In this document: in pieces, positions 47,099 to 48,698 of the stretch
Layout of the letters: each line of letters opens with the position of its first letter
Numbering within the stretch: the stretch's first letter is position 1
Assembly (NCBI GenBank): GCA_031408755.1
Contig: JANNWU010000497.1
Coordinates: forward strand, 1 to 48,698
Direction: 5' to 3'
Length of the DNA: 48,698 nt
DNA from: Gemmatimonadaceae bacterium
Lineage (GTDB): Bacteria > Gemmatimonadota > Gemmatimonadetes > Gemmatimonadales > Gemmatimonadaceae
Notes under the pieces: generated by a model
Told to the model about the DNA's origin: nothing
Database searches by the model: none
Seen by the model: only the letters and a program-made list of their open reading frames with translations
Position numbers and translations under genes: made by a program

Positions 47099-48267
47099 CG
47101 TGCGCTCCCTGTGCCCGACGTTGGACGTCGTGCCGCAACAACGCCAGTAAGCGGTGTTGGTGTGAGCCAATCCGCGGCGGGCGATGCAACTACAGGCGCC
47201 GGTTTCCCGCTGGGTGTTGGACGCTTGATGCCCCACGGCTCATCGTGCGAACGCATACCACCGCGTGTGCGAAGCGCTGCACCAAGTCCCGCAGTGAGCG
47301 CAACGTACGTGACGCCAAATGCAAGGACTCGCAGGATCGCTGCCATCGGCGGAATCGACGTTGCGGCGGCCGCAAGAAACCACGGAATTGCGAGAAGAAT
47401 CATTCCCGTCAACATGGCGCGCATGCGTGCTGCGCGTTCGCTTGTGCCGGCACGCCTGGCAGCGACACCGCTCCCCACCATCTGCGCGGCGCCGAGCCCA
47501 CCGAGTACCAGTAGTCCAAGCAGTGCAATCACATATGCCACCGCGGCGAACGGCACCAGCAGCACGCCAATTAATGTCAGCGTGAGCAGCAAGCAGATCG
47601 TCACAAACACTGGCAGCAACGCAAGTTGCGCAAGAAGGCCAACGACAACGTTACGCGCAAAACCAGCGTGGAGCGCAGCCGTCACGCGCTGCATCGCATC
47701 GCCAGAATTAATGAGTACGCCAATGCCCAGCATGAGCAACACGCCAAACCATGCGGCGGTGTGCTTGACTCGTGTAAACGTTCCGAGCTTTGCGAGTGAT
47801 AACGCGGGCGTTTCTGCTTTCAACGCGTCGATAATGCGGAGCTCACCGTCCACTCGTCCAACGGGCGCGATTGCGGCGCCGCGTTCTGCCGCGATCACAT
47901 CGCCTCGTACGTAACCGTTTGAATCAACGACGATCGCACCATTCAGAGCGACGGCGCTACCCAGCACAGCACCGACAATGCGTAGTGTGCCATCAAGCAC
48001 GAGAATGTTGCCACGCACCGTGTCGCCAGCAGCAACGGTGAAGTCGCCGACATGCTGCGAAGACGAATTGGCGGCGCACCCGATGATCGGATCGTTGATG
48101 GCGCGCGAGAGCAGGCCAACTTGCAGCGCACTCAGCCCAGCGACACGCTGCGACTCCGCACAGGGCACCGCGGCGGCTCGTGCTACTGAATCGGATTGTG
48201 CTGCGAGCGTCGTGCTGCCTGCGCCGAGTACAACGGCGAGAACGAGCATCGCGGAGAGGCGGCTCAT
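47095..48267 (-). CDS. Membrane protein with an exported bactofilin-like (polymer-forming beta-helix repeat) domain and about 5-6 TM helices
   Basis: Signal peptide, then GDFTVAAGDTVRGNILVLDGTLRIVGAVLGSAVALNGAIVVDSNGYVRGDVIAAERGAAIAPVGRVDGELRII, which resembles a bactofilin/DUF583 repeat. Hydrophobic helices follow. Confidence 0.5.
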   Translation of the reverse strand: MSRLSAMLVLAVVLGAGSTTLAAQSDSVARAAAVPCAESQRVAGLSALQVGLLSRAINDPIIGCAANSSSQHVGDFTVAAGDTVRGNILVLDGTLRIVGAVLGSAVALNGAIVVDSNGYVRGDVIAAERGAAIAPVGRVDGELRIIDALKAETPALSLAKLGTFTRVKHTAAWFGVLLMLGIGVLINSGDAMQRVTAALHAGFARNVVVGLLAQLALLPVFVTICLLLTLTLIGVLLVPFAAVAYVIALLGLLVLGGLGAAQMVGSGVAARRAGTSERAARMRAMLTGMILLAIPWFLAAAATSIPPMAAILRVLAFGVTYVALTAGLGAALRTRGGMRSHDEPWGIKRPTPSGKPAPVVASPAADWLTPTPLTGVVAARRPTSGTGSAR

Positions 48268-48270
48268 GGA

Positions 48271-48698
48271 CTACGCCTCCAAACGACGGGCTCGCGCAGC
48301 AACGGCGCGAAGCCCAAGGAATCCAAGACCAGCGCTCGCCAGTAGCGTCGCACCCGCGATGCCGATCAGTGGCAAACTGCCAAGCTCGGTACCGAGTGGA
48401 CCCACCAGACCGTGCGCCGCCGCCGCGACCGACGCGAACAAGCCTTCGCGCGCTCGTTCGGTTACCAGGCCGCCCATGTACAGCGTCGCGTCCCGATTGG
48501 CCCAGCCCCACGCTGCCGCTGCCGTGACGGCTGAAGCCGTCGCCGTGAGCGTCAAGCCTGCAGCGACTCGGGCGAGCGGACTCGTCGGCATCCAGCCAGC
48601 GATGCTAGTCCGCGCCGCCACGTGCCACGGCTCGAAGATGTGTACCTCAGCCAACACCCGATCGGCAAAACCGACCGATGGAGCTAGTTCAGGCAACT
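48271..48698 (-). CDS. Probable anti-sigma factor, C-terminal part (N-terminus lies beyond the right window edge)
   Basis: ...LAPSVGFADRVLAEV... followed by TM segments, an architecture typical of zf-HC2 anti-sigma factors. The ORF is still open at the window end. Confidence 0.45.
   Translation of the reverse strand, partial: LPELAPSVGFADRVLAEVHIFEPWHVAARTSIAGWMPTSPLARVAAGLTLTATASAVTAAAAWGWANRDATLYMGGLVTERAREGLFASVAAAAHGLVGPLGTELGSLPLIGIAGATLLASAGLGFLGLRAVAARARRLEA

Overview
GC-rich, densely packed chromosomal segment from a diderm bacterium. It encodes a TonB-dependent receptor, an OM beta-barrel protein and several lipoproteins. The protein style loosely suggests Gemmatimonadota, but that is only a guess. 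I can support about 45 CDS, many joined by 1-4 nt stop/start overlaps, often with GTG or TTG starts. I see no rRNA, functional tRNA, CRISPR array, transposase, integrase or phage gene, so this looks like core chromosome rather than an accessory island.

Recognisable content, left to right:
- SusC-like TonB receptor (partial) and ybdD-cstA.
- NAD-isocitrate dehydrogenase-family enzyme.
- Metallophosphoesterase plus SprT-like pair.
- M20 amidohydrolase.
- gcdH, SDR, etfBA and an EtfD-like membrane Fe-S oxidoreductase.
- A seven-gene overlapping minus-strand operon: gpmI, OMP, queD-like, mobA, dacB, moeA, methyltransferase.
- An L,D-transpeptidase operon followed by two DUF882/M15A peptidases.
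- guaB, an amino-acid permease and nrnA.
- A sensor kinase, NarL-type regulator, orphan solute-binding protein and hybrid kinase block.
- apbC/mrp and a MATE transporter.
- An anti-sigma (partial), bactofilin-like membrane protein and toastrack-like operon.

Nothing here is demonstrably a new system from sequence alone. The best candidates for follow-up are:
1. The four-gene sensory block with an orphan family-5 SBP.
2. The peptidoglycan 3-3 cross-link remodelling cluster, whose paralogous M15A peptidases carry EF-hand-like inserts.
3. The translationally coupled phosphoesterase/SprT-like pair.
4. A nested direct-repeat array upstream of the amidohydrolase.
5. A hairpin-rich ~300-nt intergenic region with tRNA-like fragments.

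All functional calls come from reading motifs by eye; no database search was run.
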